This document shows, piece after piece, positions 29,651 through 39,511 of a DNA stretch of 64,000 bases. Every line of letters starts with the position of its first letter. Positions within the stretch are counted from its first letter, which is position 1. The position numbers were made by a program, and so were the translations under genes. Source of the DNA: an uncultured bacterium (GTDB lineage Bacteria > Actinomycetota > Acidimicrobiia > Spongiisociales > UBA5794); the NCBI GenBank assembly GCA_963801165.1, contig CAWDDT010000004.1, positions 768,001-832,000 of the forward strand, given 5' to 3'. Below the pieces are notes generated by a model, which did not search any database, had not been told where the DNA came from, and saw nothing but the letters and a program-made list of their open reading frames with translations.

Positions 29651-31858
29651 ATGAGAGAAATCGGGTTCACCGGACGTCTTGCCGGAGTGACGGCACGCCA
29701 CCCCTGGCGAACCATGGCCGTGTGGGTGGCCGTTGTCGTCGCCGCGGTCTTTCTCGCCGGCAACATGGGCAGTGTGCTCACCCAGGACGGCGACCTGCTG
29801 GTAACAACCGAGTCGAAGACCGCGGACACTCTCATCAGCCAGCACTTCCCCAACGACGAGCCCCTGCAGGAGTACGTCATCTTCGAGAGCGAAACGTCGG
29901 TTGCCGGCGACGCCGCGTTCGATGCGGCGGTGGGTTCCCTGGTCGACGGCATCCGCACCAGCGAGAATGTCGCCTCTGCGGTGTCCTACCAGGACGGAGC
30001 CCCCGGTCTGTTGTCCGCAGACGGTTCGGCCGCGCTGATACTCACCACGATCGAGGGTGAAGGCGATGCGGACGCTCTGGTCCAACCGATGCTCGGCGTA
30101 GTCGACTCGGCCAATGCAGACGGCTATCGCGTCACCACGGCCGGCGAGGGCTCCATAAACAGAGAATTCGGAACGCTCGCCGAAGAAACGCTGCAAAAAG
30201 GCGAGCTGATCGGTCTTCCCGTGGCGCTGGTGATTCTCGTCGTTGTGTTCGGGGCGGCCGTCGCGGCCGGGATTCCACTGTTGGTGGCAGTGTTGGCGAT
30301 CATGGTCTCGCTCGGGATGACTGTCATCGTGGGCCAGGCGTTCGAGCTATCGCTCTTCATCACCAACATGATCACCATGATCGGCCTCGCCGTCGGCATC
30401 GACTACTCGTTGTTCATCGTCCAGCGATTCCGGGAGGAACGGGCCGCCGGCAACCCGGTCATCGACTCGGTCATCAGGGCCGGGGACTCAGCGACCCGGG
30501 CTGTGTTCTTCTCCGGAATGACGGTGGTGATTGCGCTGCTCGGTCTGCTGATCATGCCCGACACTGTGATGCGCAGCCTCGGTATGGGCGCCATCCTCGT
30601 TGTGCTCGCCGCCATGGGCGCTGCGCTGACACTGCTTCCTGCGGTTCTCAGTCTGCTCGGTGACCGGGTCAACAAAGGCAAGATCCCCGGCTTGTCCGGC
30701 ACGGCCTACCACGAGGGCGGGGGGCGCATCTGGCACAGAGTCACCCGGCTGGTCACCGCCCGGCCCGTGGTCAGCGCCGTCCTCGCCGCGGGCGTGCTAC
30801 TGATCGCAGCTTCCCCGTATCTGGGGCTCAACACCGGACAGAACTTCATCGAGTCGCTGCCCGTCGACAGCCCCGGTCGCCACGCCTTCACCGTGCTCAA
30901 CGAGGAGTTCGGGGCGGGTGTGCTCACGACGAGCATCGTGGTCGACGGCATCGCCGACGAACCCGCTGTGGCAGCACTCGTTGCCGACCTCGAGGGTGAC
31001 CCGGCGTATGGTGATGTGACCGTGACTCCGAGCGGCGACGGGTCGGCGGTGTTGATCGACGCCGTCACCAAGCTCGACCCGTCGACCAATGCAGCCCGCG
31101 ACGCCGTTGCCACGCTGCGAAACCAGACCATCCCGACGGCGTTCGGAGACGCCGCCAACGACGTCTACGTGACCGGTCAGGCCGCTTGGACCCTCGACTA
31201 TGTCGGGATCATCAACAGCCGGACGCCGGTCATCTTCGGCTTCGTGCTCGGGCTTAGCTTCATCTTGTTGATGATCGTGTTCCGTTCGGTCGTTGTGCCG
31301 CTCAAGGCGATCGTGATGAACCTGCTGTCGGTCGGCGCCGCTTACGGGCTGCTGGTGGCCGTGTTCCAACACGGCTGGGGTGCCGGTGTCCTCGGGTTCC
31401 AGCAGACCGATGTCATCGAGGCGTGGATACCTCTGTTCTTGTTCACGGTGTTGTTCGGCCTGTCGATGGACTACCACATCTTCCTGCTCAGCCGGATCAA
31501 GGAGCATTACGACATCACCGGCAACAACGACGAGTCCGTGGCGTTTGGCCTGGGATCCACAGGAGCGATCATCACCGGTGCCGCCATCATCATGGTGGCT
31601 GTGTTCGGCGGGTTTGCCGCAGGCGACCTGGTGATGTTCCAGCAGATGGGCTTCGGGCTGGCGGTGGCGGTCATCCTCGATGCCACCATCGTGCGGTCGG
31701 TGCTCGTGCCGGCGACGATGAAGCTCCTCGGAGACCGCAACTGGTATCTCCCCGGGTGGCTCCATTGGCTGCCTGAGATCCATATCGAAGGAACTCGCGA
31801 CGACGATGGCATCGTTGTTGATCTGACGGCGCGGGAGACGGTTCCCGAGATGGTGTGA
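29651..31858 (+). CDS. MMPL family (RND) transporter
   Basis: 'GLAVGIDYSLFIVQRFREE' and 'FGLSMDYHIFLLSRIKE'; two TM blocks. Confidence 0.93.
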   Translation: MREIGFTGRLAGVTARHPWRTMAVWVAVVVAAVFLAGNMGSVLTQDGDLLVTTESKTADTLISQHFPNDEPLQEYVIFESETSVAGDAAFDAAVGSLVDGIRTSENVASAVSYQDGAPGLLSADGSAALILTTIEGEGDADALVQPMLGVVDSANADGYRVTTAGEGSINREFGTLAEETLQKGELIGLPVALVILVVVFGAAVAAGIPLLVAVLAIMVSLGMTVIVGQAFELSLFITNMITMIGLAVGIDYSLFIVQRFREERAAGNPVIDSVIRAGDSATRAVFFSGMTVVIALLGLLIMPDTVMRSLGMGAILVVLAAMGAALTLLPAVLSLLGDRVNKGKIPGLSGTAYHEGGGRIWHRVTRLVTARPVVSAVLAAGVLLIAASPYLGLNTGQNFIESLPVDSPGRHAFTVLNEEFGAGVLTTSIVVDGIADEPAVAALVADLEGDPAYGDVTVTPSGDGSAVLIDAVTKLDPSTNAARDAVATLRNQTIPTAFGDAANDVYVTGQAAWTLDYVGIINSRTPVIFGFVLGLSFILLMIVFRSVVVPLKAIVMNLLSVGAAYGLLVAVFQHGWGAGVLGFQQTDVIEAWIPLFLFTVLFGLSMDYHIFLLSRIKEHYDITGNNDESVAFGLGSTGAIITGAAIIMVAVFGGFAAGDLVMFQQMGFGLAVAVILDATIVRSVLVPATMKLLGDRNWYLPGWLHWLPEIHIEGTRDDDGIVVDLTARETVPEMV

Positions 31859-31950
31859 ACCGAGCTTGCCGAGCAGAGAGCCTCCTCCGACGAATCGGGG
31901 GAGGCTCTCCAAGTTTGCCGACCAACAGATACGATCGGTGGGGGAGACGT

Positions 31951-33021
31951 ATGGCTGGCATCACTATCGATAGCGTGAAGGTGGTCCGGGGCTCGACGCT
32001 CGTCCTCGACGTCGAGCATCTCGAGATCGCCGATGGAGAGTTGCTCGTTCTCCTCGGCCCTTCCGGGGCGGGCAAATCGACACTGCTGCGAGCGATAGCG
32101 GGCTTGGAGCCGTTGAGCGGCGGGACGATCCGATTCGACGGCGTCGACATGGCCCGCGTCGACACGGCAGAGCGTGGCGTGGCCATGGTGTTTCAAAACG
32201 ATGCGCTGTACCCATTCCTCGACGTACGAGGCAATGTCGGTTTTCCCCTCAATGTGCGGCGCGTGTCCAGAAACGAGGTGACAGCGCGCGTCGAGGCCGA
32301 GGCGCGCGTGCTCGAGATCGAGCATCTGCTGGCGAAAAAGCCCGGCGAGCTCAGCGCCGGGCACCAACAGCTCGTGCAGGCAGCGCGGGCGCTGGTGCGG
32401 GTGCCGAAGGTGTTCCTGATGGACGAGCCGCTGGCCCGGCTCGACGCACACATGCGGGTCCAGATGCGTCAGGAGCTTCGTCTGTTGCAGCGGGGGTACG
32501 GTGTGACAACGGTGTTTGTCACCAACAGCAACGACGAGGCGATGGTTCTGGCAGATCAGCTTGCGGTGATCGATCGAGGGACGATACGGCAGATCGGGGC
32601 GCCGCTCGAGCTGTACAGGGATCCGCACAGCCGCTTCGTCGGCGGATTTGTCGGCACGATGGGCTTCGTCCCGGCGAAAGTGGTCCGCGACGGCCGGGGG
32701 TTCTGGATTCGGTTTGGGGGCTTCGGGTTGCGCGCATGGGCGCCTGCGCTGGCTTCGGCGGTGACAGTTGACGTTGGGGTCCGGCCTGAGGATGTGATCC
32801 CGGACGCTGGTGGCGTATCGGTGAATGTTGGCCACGGCTGGTTCACGGGCGCAAATGGAGCGGCCCGTGTCGAGCTGGCGCCAGGGGAGTGGGTGGAGAT
32901 GCGGACAGAAAATCCGCCCCCGGTCGCAGGATCGCGCATCGGTGTGCGGCTACGCCGTCTTCACTTGTTCGACCCGGCAACCGGGGGGTCGGTCGGTCGA
33001 ATCGAAGACGGCGCAGCCTAG
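31951..33021 (+). CDS. MalK-like ABC transporter ATP-binding protein (orphan)
   Basis: GPSGAGKST, MVFQ, LSAGHQQ, FLMDEP, VTNS; TOBE-like C-terminus. Confidence 0.88.
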   Translation: MAGITIDSVKVVRGSTLVLDVEHLEIADGELLVLLGPSGAGKSTLLRAIAGLEPLSGGTIRFDGVDMARVDTAERGVAMVFQNDALYPFLDVRGNVGFPLNVRRVSRNEVTARVEAEARVLEIEHLLAKKPGELSAGHQQLVQAARALVRVPKVFLMDEPLARLDAHMRVQMRQELRLLQRGYGVTTVFVTNSNDEAMVLADQLAVIDRGTIRQIGAPLELYRDPHSRFVGGFVGTMGFVPAKVVRDGRGFWIRFGGFGLRAWAPALASAVTVDVGVRPEDVIPDAGGVSVNVGHGWFTGANGAARVELAPGEWVEMRTENPPPVAGSRIGVRLRRLHLFDPATGGSVGRIEDGAA

Positions 33022-33032
33022 GAGCATGGTGC

Positions 33033-33060
33033 AGCCTCGAAGAACTAGCCTCGAAGAACT
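33033..33060. repeat. 14-bp tandem duplication AGCCTCGAAGAACT x2
   Basis: exact duplication between two convergent stop codons. Confidence 0.7.
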
Positions 33061-33065
33061 GTGGG

Positions 33066-33350
33066 CTACTTGTTGTGCTTCGGCTTGTCCCGCTTGATGA
33101 TCCGCTCGGCCGACTTGCGCGCCTCGGTAACCGTGTCCTTCTGGGTCAGCTGGAAGCTCTTGGCCCCCGGGACTGCCTCTTCGCCACCCTTCATGTGCGC
33201 GGTGAGTTGCAGACGCACCTTGCCTTTGGCGGCGGCACCGGTGAACACGTTGTCGCCTTTGGTGTTCTTGATCTTGTAAACCGCCGCTTTGTCGTTGGCC
33301 GCCTCGGCTACGGTTGTCGCATTGAGGTTGCCTGCCATCTTGCCTGCCAT
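33066..33350 (-). CDS. small basic GIY-YIG-fold protein, degenerate
   Basis: ATG 33350 after AAGGAG; 'AVYKIKN..G.NVFTG.A..G.VR..L..H' and 'IKRDKPKHN'. Confidence 0.65.
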   Translation of the reverse strand: MAGKMAGNLNATTVAEAANDKAAVYKIKNTKGDNVFTGAAAKGKVRLQLTAHMKGGEEAVPGAKSFQLTQKDTVTEARKSAERIIKRDKPKHNK

Positions 33351-33455
33351 GTCTGGCTCCTTGGGGATAGGGACCGCACCGCGCACTCGCGCTCCCCGCC
33401 AACCTAGACCCAACATCCCCAATACCCGCGGAAATCGGGTGCCCCCAACAGTTTT

Positions 33456-33484
33456 GTGCGTATCTCAGTCGTGCGTATCTCAGT
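33456..33484. repeat. 15-bp tandem duplication GTGCGTATCTCAGT(C) x2
   Basis: seen directly; intergenic. Confidence 0.7.
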
Positions 33485-33528
33485 ACGCAGTTACGTACCC
33501 GTAAACGGCCGAGCAGGGAGGTACGGGC

Positions 33529-34398
33529 TCAACCGCCGAGGGCCCGATGCAGGAAGGCGGCCATCTGGCCGCGGGTCACCGCACTGTTCGGGCAGTACTT
33601 GTCGTTGGCGGGTGGGTTACAGCCCTTGGTCACGCCAGCGGTCGCCAGTTTCACGATGTTCGTCTCGAACACGTTGCCGCCGATGTCGGTGAAGTTGACG
33701 CCACCATCGACAGCCGTATAGCTGAAGGCACGCACCAGGAATGCTGCCATCTGGCCGCGGGTCACCGGATCGTTGGGGCAGTACTTGTCGTTGGCGGGTG
33801 GGTTGCAGCCCTTGGTGACCCCGGCAGTCGCCAACTTGTTGATGTCCGTCTCGAAAGTGCTCCCGGCGGTGTCGGTGAACCCGGCATCGGGTGCTGCCGT
33901 GTAGCCGAGCGCCCGGGATAGGAAAGCCGCCATCTGACCTCTCGTCACCACCTGGTTCGGGCAAAACAACGTGTTGTAGGGCGGGTTGCATCCTTTGGTG
34001 ATCCCCTCACCGGCCAGCCACTCGATGTCATTGAGGAACACGCTGCCGTCGTCATCCGCAAACGTTCCGTCGAACGGCAGGATCTCGATCAGGGTAATCG
34101 CCGGCCCGTCCGCCGTGTTGGCGGTGATCCCGAAAGTACCTGGCTCGTTGTAGACATGCGTGGCCTGGTGTGCACCGGCGGACAGGAACAGCGTGTCCTG
34201 GGCAGATCCGTCGCCCCAGTCGACACTCACTATCGCGATGATCGGGACGTCGGTGAGCGTTATCGTCGCGCCGACGGTCTGGCCGACATCCGCGGTGGCC
34301 GGTGCGGTGATGGTCGCAGTCACAGCCGCAGCAGGTCCGGCGACCAGGGTGACGCTTGCTGCAATCAGCCCTATCGCGAGCGCAAGCCGAGTTCTCAT
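33529..34398 (-). CDS. secreted PKD-like domain + 3 SLH-like repeats
   Basis: signal peptide; 'VDWGDGS...THVYNEPGTF' PKD motif; SLH triad. Confidence 0.85.
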   Translation of the reverse strand: MRTRLALAIGLIAASVTLVAGPAAAVTATITAPATADVGQTVGATITLTDVPIIAIVSVDWGDGSAQDTLFLSAGAHQATHVYNEPGTFGITANTADGPAITLIEILPFDGTFADDDGSVFLNDIEWLAGEGITKGCNPPYNTLFCPNQVVTRGQMAAFLSRALGYTAAPDAGFTDTAGSTFETDINKLATAGVTKGCNPPANDKYCPNDPVTRGQMAAFLVRAFSYTAVDGGVNFTDIGGNVFETNIVKLATAGVTKGCNPPANDKYCPNSAVTRGQMAAFLHRALGG

Positions 34399-34603
34399 GA
34401 GGCCCCCTTCGATTCCTTGCTACGCCTCCGTCTACCGCTGATTATCCCACTCGATTGGTTTAGGCGCTTCCCTGCCCCCGCTTGTCGAAATCGAGGACCA
34501 CCATCGGGCTGTTGGCAACGTGTGTTGCCGTGGCGGGGATGTCGTGGCCGTCAGGCAGATGAACGGTGAGTGCGAAGCAGCTGCAGGGTCGTGGGGTCGA
34601 GCG

Positions 34604-35233
34604 TTACACGGTCGCGCTCTCGCCCCAATCGAGCGTGAGCACCTCGATGCCCGATTCGGCCAGAACGTTCTTGGCCATCGTGTAGATCCACTGCTTGCCC
34701 TGGTCCGAGAGGTAGAAGTCGTGGACGGGTACGACCTGTCGTGGACGCAAATCGCGGGCAAACTGCATGCTTCTGGTGGTCGAGCCCCACGGTGTGAGCA
34801 TGCCGAGAGCCAGCACGGGTGCGCTCCGGGTTGGGGCGTAGCTGTCGCCGGGGTGCGTGATGGTCCCGGCGATCGTCCATGCCCGGTTCGGCGGGGCACC
34901 ACCGGACGGGGTGGTCTCGTGGCGGACGTCCTCAACGGATGTCCCTTCGGGGACACCCGTGTCGACGGTTATCCCGGACTTCTCTAGCAGGGCGGCAACC
35001 GCCTCGTTGCCGTAGACGGCTACGTCCGTTCCACGGTCCAGCAGCCACTTCACGAAATCGGGGTTGACATGATCTCCGTGCTCGTGTGTCACCAGGATTC
35101 TCTGGACGTCCCCGATGGTGTCCAGATCGATCACGCTGTTGCGGAACGTATGGAAGCCGGGGTCGAATAGCGTCGTCCCGTCGTTGGTGGTGACGAGAAG
35201 ACACGAATCGGTGAGACGTCTGATGGTGCTCAT
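34604..35233 (-). CDS. MBL-fold metallo-hydrolase (UlaG-like)
   Basis: 'LFDPG', THEHGDH, HPGDS, PVHD. Confidence 0.85.
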   Translation of the reverse strand: MSTIRRLTDSCLLVTTNDGTTLFDPGFHTFRNSVIDLDTIGDVQRILVTHEHGDHVNPDFVKWLLDRGTDVAVYGNEAVAALLEKSGITVDTGVPEGTSVEDVRHETTPSGGAPPNRAWTIAGTITHPGDSYAPTRSAPVLALGMLTPWGSTTRSMQFARDLRPRQVVPVHDFYLSDQGKQWIYTMAKNVLAESGIEVLTLDWGESATV

Positions 35234-35272
35234 GAAGTCGACCCTAGTGCAACACCGGAGGAGACGAGCCGG

Positions 35273-35617
35273 TCACTTGTCCGGGACGAAGGTGGTGAGC
35301 ACTGCGCTCACGATCGAGATGACGATCGCCCCGAGCAGCGCCGACCAGAAGTCCTTGATCGACAGTGCCTCGGTGAGCCCCGCAGTGAGCCCCAGCATCG
35401 CCGCGTTGATGACCAGCGTGAACAAGCCCAGGCTGAGGATGATCACCGGGAACGACAGCACCTTCAGGATCGGTTTGATGAACGTGTTGACCAGCCCGAA
35501 GATCAGGGCGACGATCAGAATGGTGAGGAACGCGCCGTCGAGCGTGATACCGCTGATCAGCTTGCTCGCAGCCCAGAGTGCGGCGGCGTTGATGAGTAGC
35601 TTGAGGATGAGTCGCAT
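35273..35617 (-). CDS. 4-TMS membrane protein, YvlD / phage-holin superfamily IV
   Basis: 'GLVNTFIKPILKVLSFP...LSLGLFTLVINA' and 'FWSALLGAIVISIV'. Confidence 0.88.
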   Translation of the reverse strand: MRLILKLLINAAALWAASKLISGITLDGAFLTILIVALIFGLVNTFIKPILKVLSFPVIILSLGLFTLVINAAMLGLTAGLTEALSIKDFWSALLGAIVISIVSAVLTTFVPDK

Positions 35618-35829
35618 GGCATCAGCCTAGGAGGGTGGCGATCATTTTGCCGTGAAGGGTCGCTTTTTTCGATATCTCCTAGGTTGTCGGGTCAGGTATA
35701 GAGCTTGAACTGGAATTCTTCGGCGCCCGTCCAAGAAGATCCTCGAACTCGATGAGGGGGTGTCGGCTCCGTGTCTTGATAAGCTCAATCGTCCGGCTCT
35801 CGGACAGCACGCAGCGCAGGACATGGCAT

Positions 35830-37200
35830 ATGGAGATTCCTCCGGTCAGATACCCCGACGACTTCCTGTGGGGTGTGGCGACGTCTGCCTACCAGATCGA
35901 AGGCGCGGTGGCAGAAGGGGGGCGGGCGCCGAGCATCTGGGACACGTTCAGCCATGCCCCGGGGCGGACCCACAACGGCGAGACGGGAGACATTGCCGTC
36001 GATCACTATCACCGGGTTGCCGGTGACGTGGCCCTGATGGAGGAGATCGGGGTGAACGCCTACCGGTTCTCGATCTCGTGGCCGCGTTTGGTGCCGAACC
36101 TCGACGGCCCGGTCAACGCCGCCGCGGTGAGGTTCTACCGCGATCTTCTCGAGAAGCTGCACGGCGCGGGGATCACACCGGTGGCGACGCTGTACCACTG
36201 GGACCTTCCGCAGAGTCTGCAGGATCGGGGAGGATGGCTCAATCCCAAATCATCAGATTGGTTTGCCGGATACGCCGCCGCGGCCGTGGAGAATCTCGGT
36301 GATCTGGTTCCCCTGTGGCTGACCCTCAACGAGCCGTGGTGTGCGGCCTTCATGGGATACGGCTCCGGGGTACACGCGCCCGGCATCACCGACCCGGGCT
36401 CCAGCTATGTCGCAGCACACAACATGATGCTCGCCCATCACAAGGCGATCGGAGCCATGAGGGCGGCGTCACCCGGTCGCCGGATCAATGTCGGGATAGC
36501 GCTCAACCTCATTCCGACGTGGCCGGCCAGCGACGCCTCGGCCGACCGGGAAGTGGCCGATGCGGTGAACATGGTGCACAACTGGCAGTTCACCGATGCA
36601 GTGTTTCACGGCACCTACCCGGAGCTGATTCTCGAATATCACCGCAGGTTCGGCGTCGCCGATCGAATAGATGCGACCCCGATGGCGGATGTCCGGCAGG
36701 ATATCGACTACCTGGGGATCAACTACTACAACGTGAACCGGTTCCGTTACGAAGCCGGGGCGCAGCCACCTGGCGAGTATCCGGGCGCCGATGGGGCCGT
36801 TCCGGTGATGCCCCCGGGGCATCTCACCGACATGGGCTGGGGTGTTGAGCCCACCGGGCTGCGATGGATGCTCGACCAGGTTGTCGCCAACTACCCGCAT
36901 GTGCCGCTCTATATCTCCGAGAACGGCGCCGCCTATCCCGACGAAGTCACCGGCGACGGAGCGATCCAAGACCAATTGCGGATCGACTATCTCCAGAAGC
37001 ATACGGCAGTCGTTGCCGGGGCAGTTGCGGCCGGGATCGACCTGCGGGGCTACTTTGTCTGGTCGCTGCTCGACAACTACGAGTGGGCTGAGGGATACCG
37101 AATGCGCTTCGGTTTGGTACGCGTTGATCGGGGCACTCAGGAACGGACCATCCGCTCCAGCGGCCACTGGTACCGCGATTTCATCAGCAAGGCCCGGTGA
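35830..37200 (+). CDS. GH1 beta-glucosidase
   Basis: FLWGVATSAYQIEG, YHWDLP, TLNEP (acid/base), ISENG (nucleophile), WSLLDNYEW. Confidence 0.95.
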   Translation: MEIPPVRYPDDFLWGVATSAYQIEGAVAEGGRAPSIWDTFSHAPGRTHNGETGDIAVDHYHRVAGDVALMEEIGVNAYRFSISWPRLVPNLDGPVNAAAVRFYRDLLEKLHGAGITPVATLYHWDLPQSLQDRGGWLNPKSSDWFAGYAAAAVENLGDLVPLWLTLNEPWCAAFMGYGSGVHAPGITDPGSSYVAAHNMMLAHHKAIGAMRAASPGRRINVGIALNLIPTWPASDASADREVADAVNMVHNWQFTDAVFHGTYPELILEYHRRFGVADRIDATPMADVRQDIDYLGINYYNVNRFRYEAGAQPPGEYPGADGAVPVMPPGHLTDMGWGVEPTGLRWMLDQVVANYPHVPLYISENGAAYPDEVTGDGAIQDQLRIDYLQKHTAVVAGAVAAGIDLRGYFVWSLLDNYEWAEGYRMRFGLVRVDRGTQERTIRSSGHWYRDFISKAR

Positions 37201-37235
37201 GCTTGCCACCCGATTGGGTGGCGTAGTCTGTCGTG

Positions 37236-38141
37236 ATGTCGACACGTATTTGGGGCGCGCTGCTCCTCGCGTCTTTCGCCTGGGGTACCAACGGGGTCGC
37301 GACACGGGCGACTCTGAACACAGGTGTGCCGCCCGTGACGATCGTTGCCATCAGAGCGGTCCTCGCCTCGGCGGTGCTCTATGCCTTGTTGCGGATGCGG
37401 GGGAAGGGCTTTCCGAGACGTTGGGAGACGTGGTCGGGCGCCCTCGTGCAGGGCCTATTCCAGTTGTCGGCTCCCTTCATCCTGTTCAACTTCGCATACG
37501 ACCACGCCTCGGCCGGGTTTGTCGGGCTTTTCGCCGCCTTGATCCCTCTTGGTACCGCGATTGTGGCGCACTTCATGCTGCAGGATGAGCCGATGCATGT
37601 GGGCAAGCTCGCCGGGCTGTCTCTCGCTTTTCTGGGGGTTGGGTTGCTGTTGCTCAGTGGCGACAGTGGTCTCGCCGACGGGGGTAACCCGCTGTTGGCG
37701 GCGGGGTTGTCGATTGGCGCGGTGACGGCCATCTCCTATGCCGGTGTGTACGCCAAACTCCATTCCCACGATTACGACCCGTTGGATATCACGTTCATGC
37801 AATTCTTCATCGGCATGTTCGTCGTCGGTGCCGCCATGCTGCTACTGGAAGGCCTTCCGGGTGCCATCTCGACGTGGGCGTGGCTGCTCATCATCTACAT
37901 GACCGTCGTCGGCAGCGTCCTCCCGTTCCTCATTTTCTTCTGGCTGCTGCGTCGTGTCTCCGCGACGAAGGCTTCGCTCGTGGGATACATCATCCCAGTT
38001 GTGGCCCTGGTGGCGGGCATCGTCCTGCTCGACGAGAAGCTGCAGGTGGGGATCGGCGTGGGTGGCGTGTTGATCCTCGCCGGGGTCGTGCTCACCGACC
38101 GTGCCGAGCGGCGCAAGTTCCCGGCAGCTCCCGTTCCCTAG
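37236..38141 (+). CDS. DMT/EamA family transporter
   Basis: about 10 TM helices in two EamA-like repeats; leaderless (TAGTCT-6nt-ATG). Confidence 0.88.
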   Translation: MSTRIWGALLLASFAWGTNGVATRATLNTGVPPVTIVAIRAVLASAVLYALLRMRGKGFPRRWETWSGALVQGLFQLSAPFILFNFAYDHASAGFVGLFAALIPLGTAIVAHFMLQDEPMHVGKLAGLSLAFLGVGLLLLSGDSGLADGGNPLLAAGLSIGAVTAISYAGVYAKLHSHDYDPLDITFMQFFIGMFVVGAAMLLLEGLPGAISTWAWLLIIYMTVVGSVLPFLIFFWLLRRVSATKASLVGYIIPVVALVAGIVLLDEKLQVGIGVGGVLILAGVVLTDRAERRKFPAAPVP

Positions 38142-38621
38142 TCAGCTGTTCGTCCCGGCCGCATGCCGGGCCACCACTACGTCGAGCAGAGGCTCGACCC
38201 TGACGTTGTGGCGGGTGAGCGTCTCGCCGCAGGCCGCACAAGCGGGCACCATGTGGGTGACCTCGCCACACCCTTTGTGGATCGCCACGCGCTCTATGTC
38301 GGAGTGTTCCCACCGGTCGCCGAAACGCCAGATCGCCATCAGCACGTCGAAAAGATCGCGGCCCTTGTCGGTCAGCCTGTACTCGTGGCGTGGTGGATGA
38401 TCTTGATAGGGGACGGTCGTGAGAACGTCGTGCCGGATCAGTTCGTTCAGCCGGTCTGTGAGCACGTTGCGAGATATCTGGAGATCAACCTGAAAGTCGT
38501 CGAAGCGGCGTACGCCAAAGAAGGCGTCACGCAATATGAGGAGAGTCCATCGGTCCCCGATGACATCGATCGTCTCGGCGACAACACAATCGAGATGGTC
38601 GAGCGATTTCCTTGCCGGCAT
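38142..38621 (-). CDS. HxlR family winged-helix regulator
   Basis: 'IGDRWTLLILRDAF.GVRRFDDF', 'RHEYRLTDKGRDL'; C-terminal H..C..C..C. Confidence 0.92.
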   Translation of the reverse strand: MPARKSLDHLDCVVAETIDVIGDRWTLLILRDAFFGVRRFDDFQVDLQISRNVLTDRLNELIRHDVLTTVPYQDHPPRHEYRLTDKGRDLFDVLMAIWRFGDRWEHSDIERVAIHKGCGEVTHMVPACAACGETLTRHNVRVEPLLDVVVARHAAGTNS

Positions 38622-38642
38622 GGTCTGAGCCTATCCGCATCG

Positions 38643-38693
38643 GTTGCGTAATACAACTCACTTCGAGTAGCGTTAGTTGCGTTACGCAACTAA
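38643..38693. promoter_or_regulatory. two palindromic operator-like sites between the HxlR and hydrolase genes
   Basis: TTAGTTGCGT-T-ACGCAACTAA (38673-38693, perfect 10-bp arms) and GTTGCGTAATACAAC (38643-38657). Confidence 0.75.
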
Positions 38694-38704
38694 TTGGGGA
38701 AGCA

Positions 38705-39511
38705 ATGGCAGAGAGGTTCATCCCACGCATCGCGTCGATTGTCAGCCGGGTGTTTCCCGCACTCGGTGCGCGCATCGCCTGGTATCTGTGGTTCCGCCCA
38801 CGTGGCCGGGAGAGCAGACGCTACCCGGACGGTGCGGAGAAGTTCACGTTCGAGTTGTTTGGTCGCGTTGTGAACGGGTTTGCAGTTGGTTCCGGCGACC
38901 CGGTGATTCTGCTGCACGGCTGGGGCGGGGCGTCAACGGACATGGCCCCACTCGCCGTCGCGCTCGCCGGGGCGGGCTATCGGGCGGTGGCACCCGATCT
39001 CCCGGGGCATGGCGCCGACCGCAGGTCAGACACCGATGTGTTCCGAATGGCGGCGGCGGTGGATGCCGTCGTCGGAATGTTCGGCCCGCCTCGCGCCGTC
39101 GTTGCCCACTCCTTTGGGTCTCTCGTCACGTTCGTCGCGTTCCAGCACGGTGGCGCCGGGCGGGTGGTGCTGGTCGCACCGGCCCTGAAGGGGGAGTGGT
39201 TTGTCGATGTGTTCCGTGCCCGGCTCGGTCTCGGTGACAAGGCGTACCAGCGGTTCCGCAGGCGGTTTGTCGCCTTCGCCGGTCCACAGGTTATGGGTGC
39301 GATGCGCGGCAAGAGCGATGTGCGCGACGCTGAGATGCTGGTTCTTCACGATCCGGCCGACGGTCGCACCCCGTTCGGAGACGCAGCCGAGTTCGCCTCT
39401 GCGAGGCCGGGGACCAAACTGATCGAAGTCCCGGCGACCGGGCACGCGGGCATCCTGCGTAGCGAGGTCACCCACGAGGAGACCATCGCCTTTATCGCCT
39501 CAGGTCAGTGA
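38705..39511 (+). CDS. alpha/beta hydrolase
   Basis: LLHGWGG, DLPGHG, AHSFG nucleophile elbow, HD..D, TGH. Confidence 0.88.
   Translation: MAERFIPRIASIVSRVFPALGARIAWYLWFRPRGRESRRYPDGAEKFTFELFGRVVNGFAVGSGDPVILLHGWGGASTDMAPLAVALAGAGYRAVAPDLPGHGADRRSDTDVFRMAAAVDAVVGMFGPPRAVVAHSFGSLVTFVAFQHGGAGRVVLVAPALKGEWFVDVFRARLGLGDKAYQRFRRRFVAFAGPQVMGAMRGKSDVRDAEMLVLHDPADGRTPFGDAAEFASARPGTKLIEVPATGHAGILRSEVTHEETIAFIASGQ

Noticed and set aside
35273-35617. Prophage inferred from the holin-family protein
   Set aside because: YvlD-type 4-TMS proteins are common chromosomal genes, and no phage genes are nearby.
35642-35824. Small ORF or gene remnant in a lower-GC intergenic patch
   Set aside because: No RBS, motif or consistent frame.
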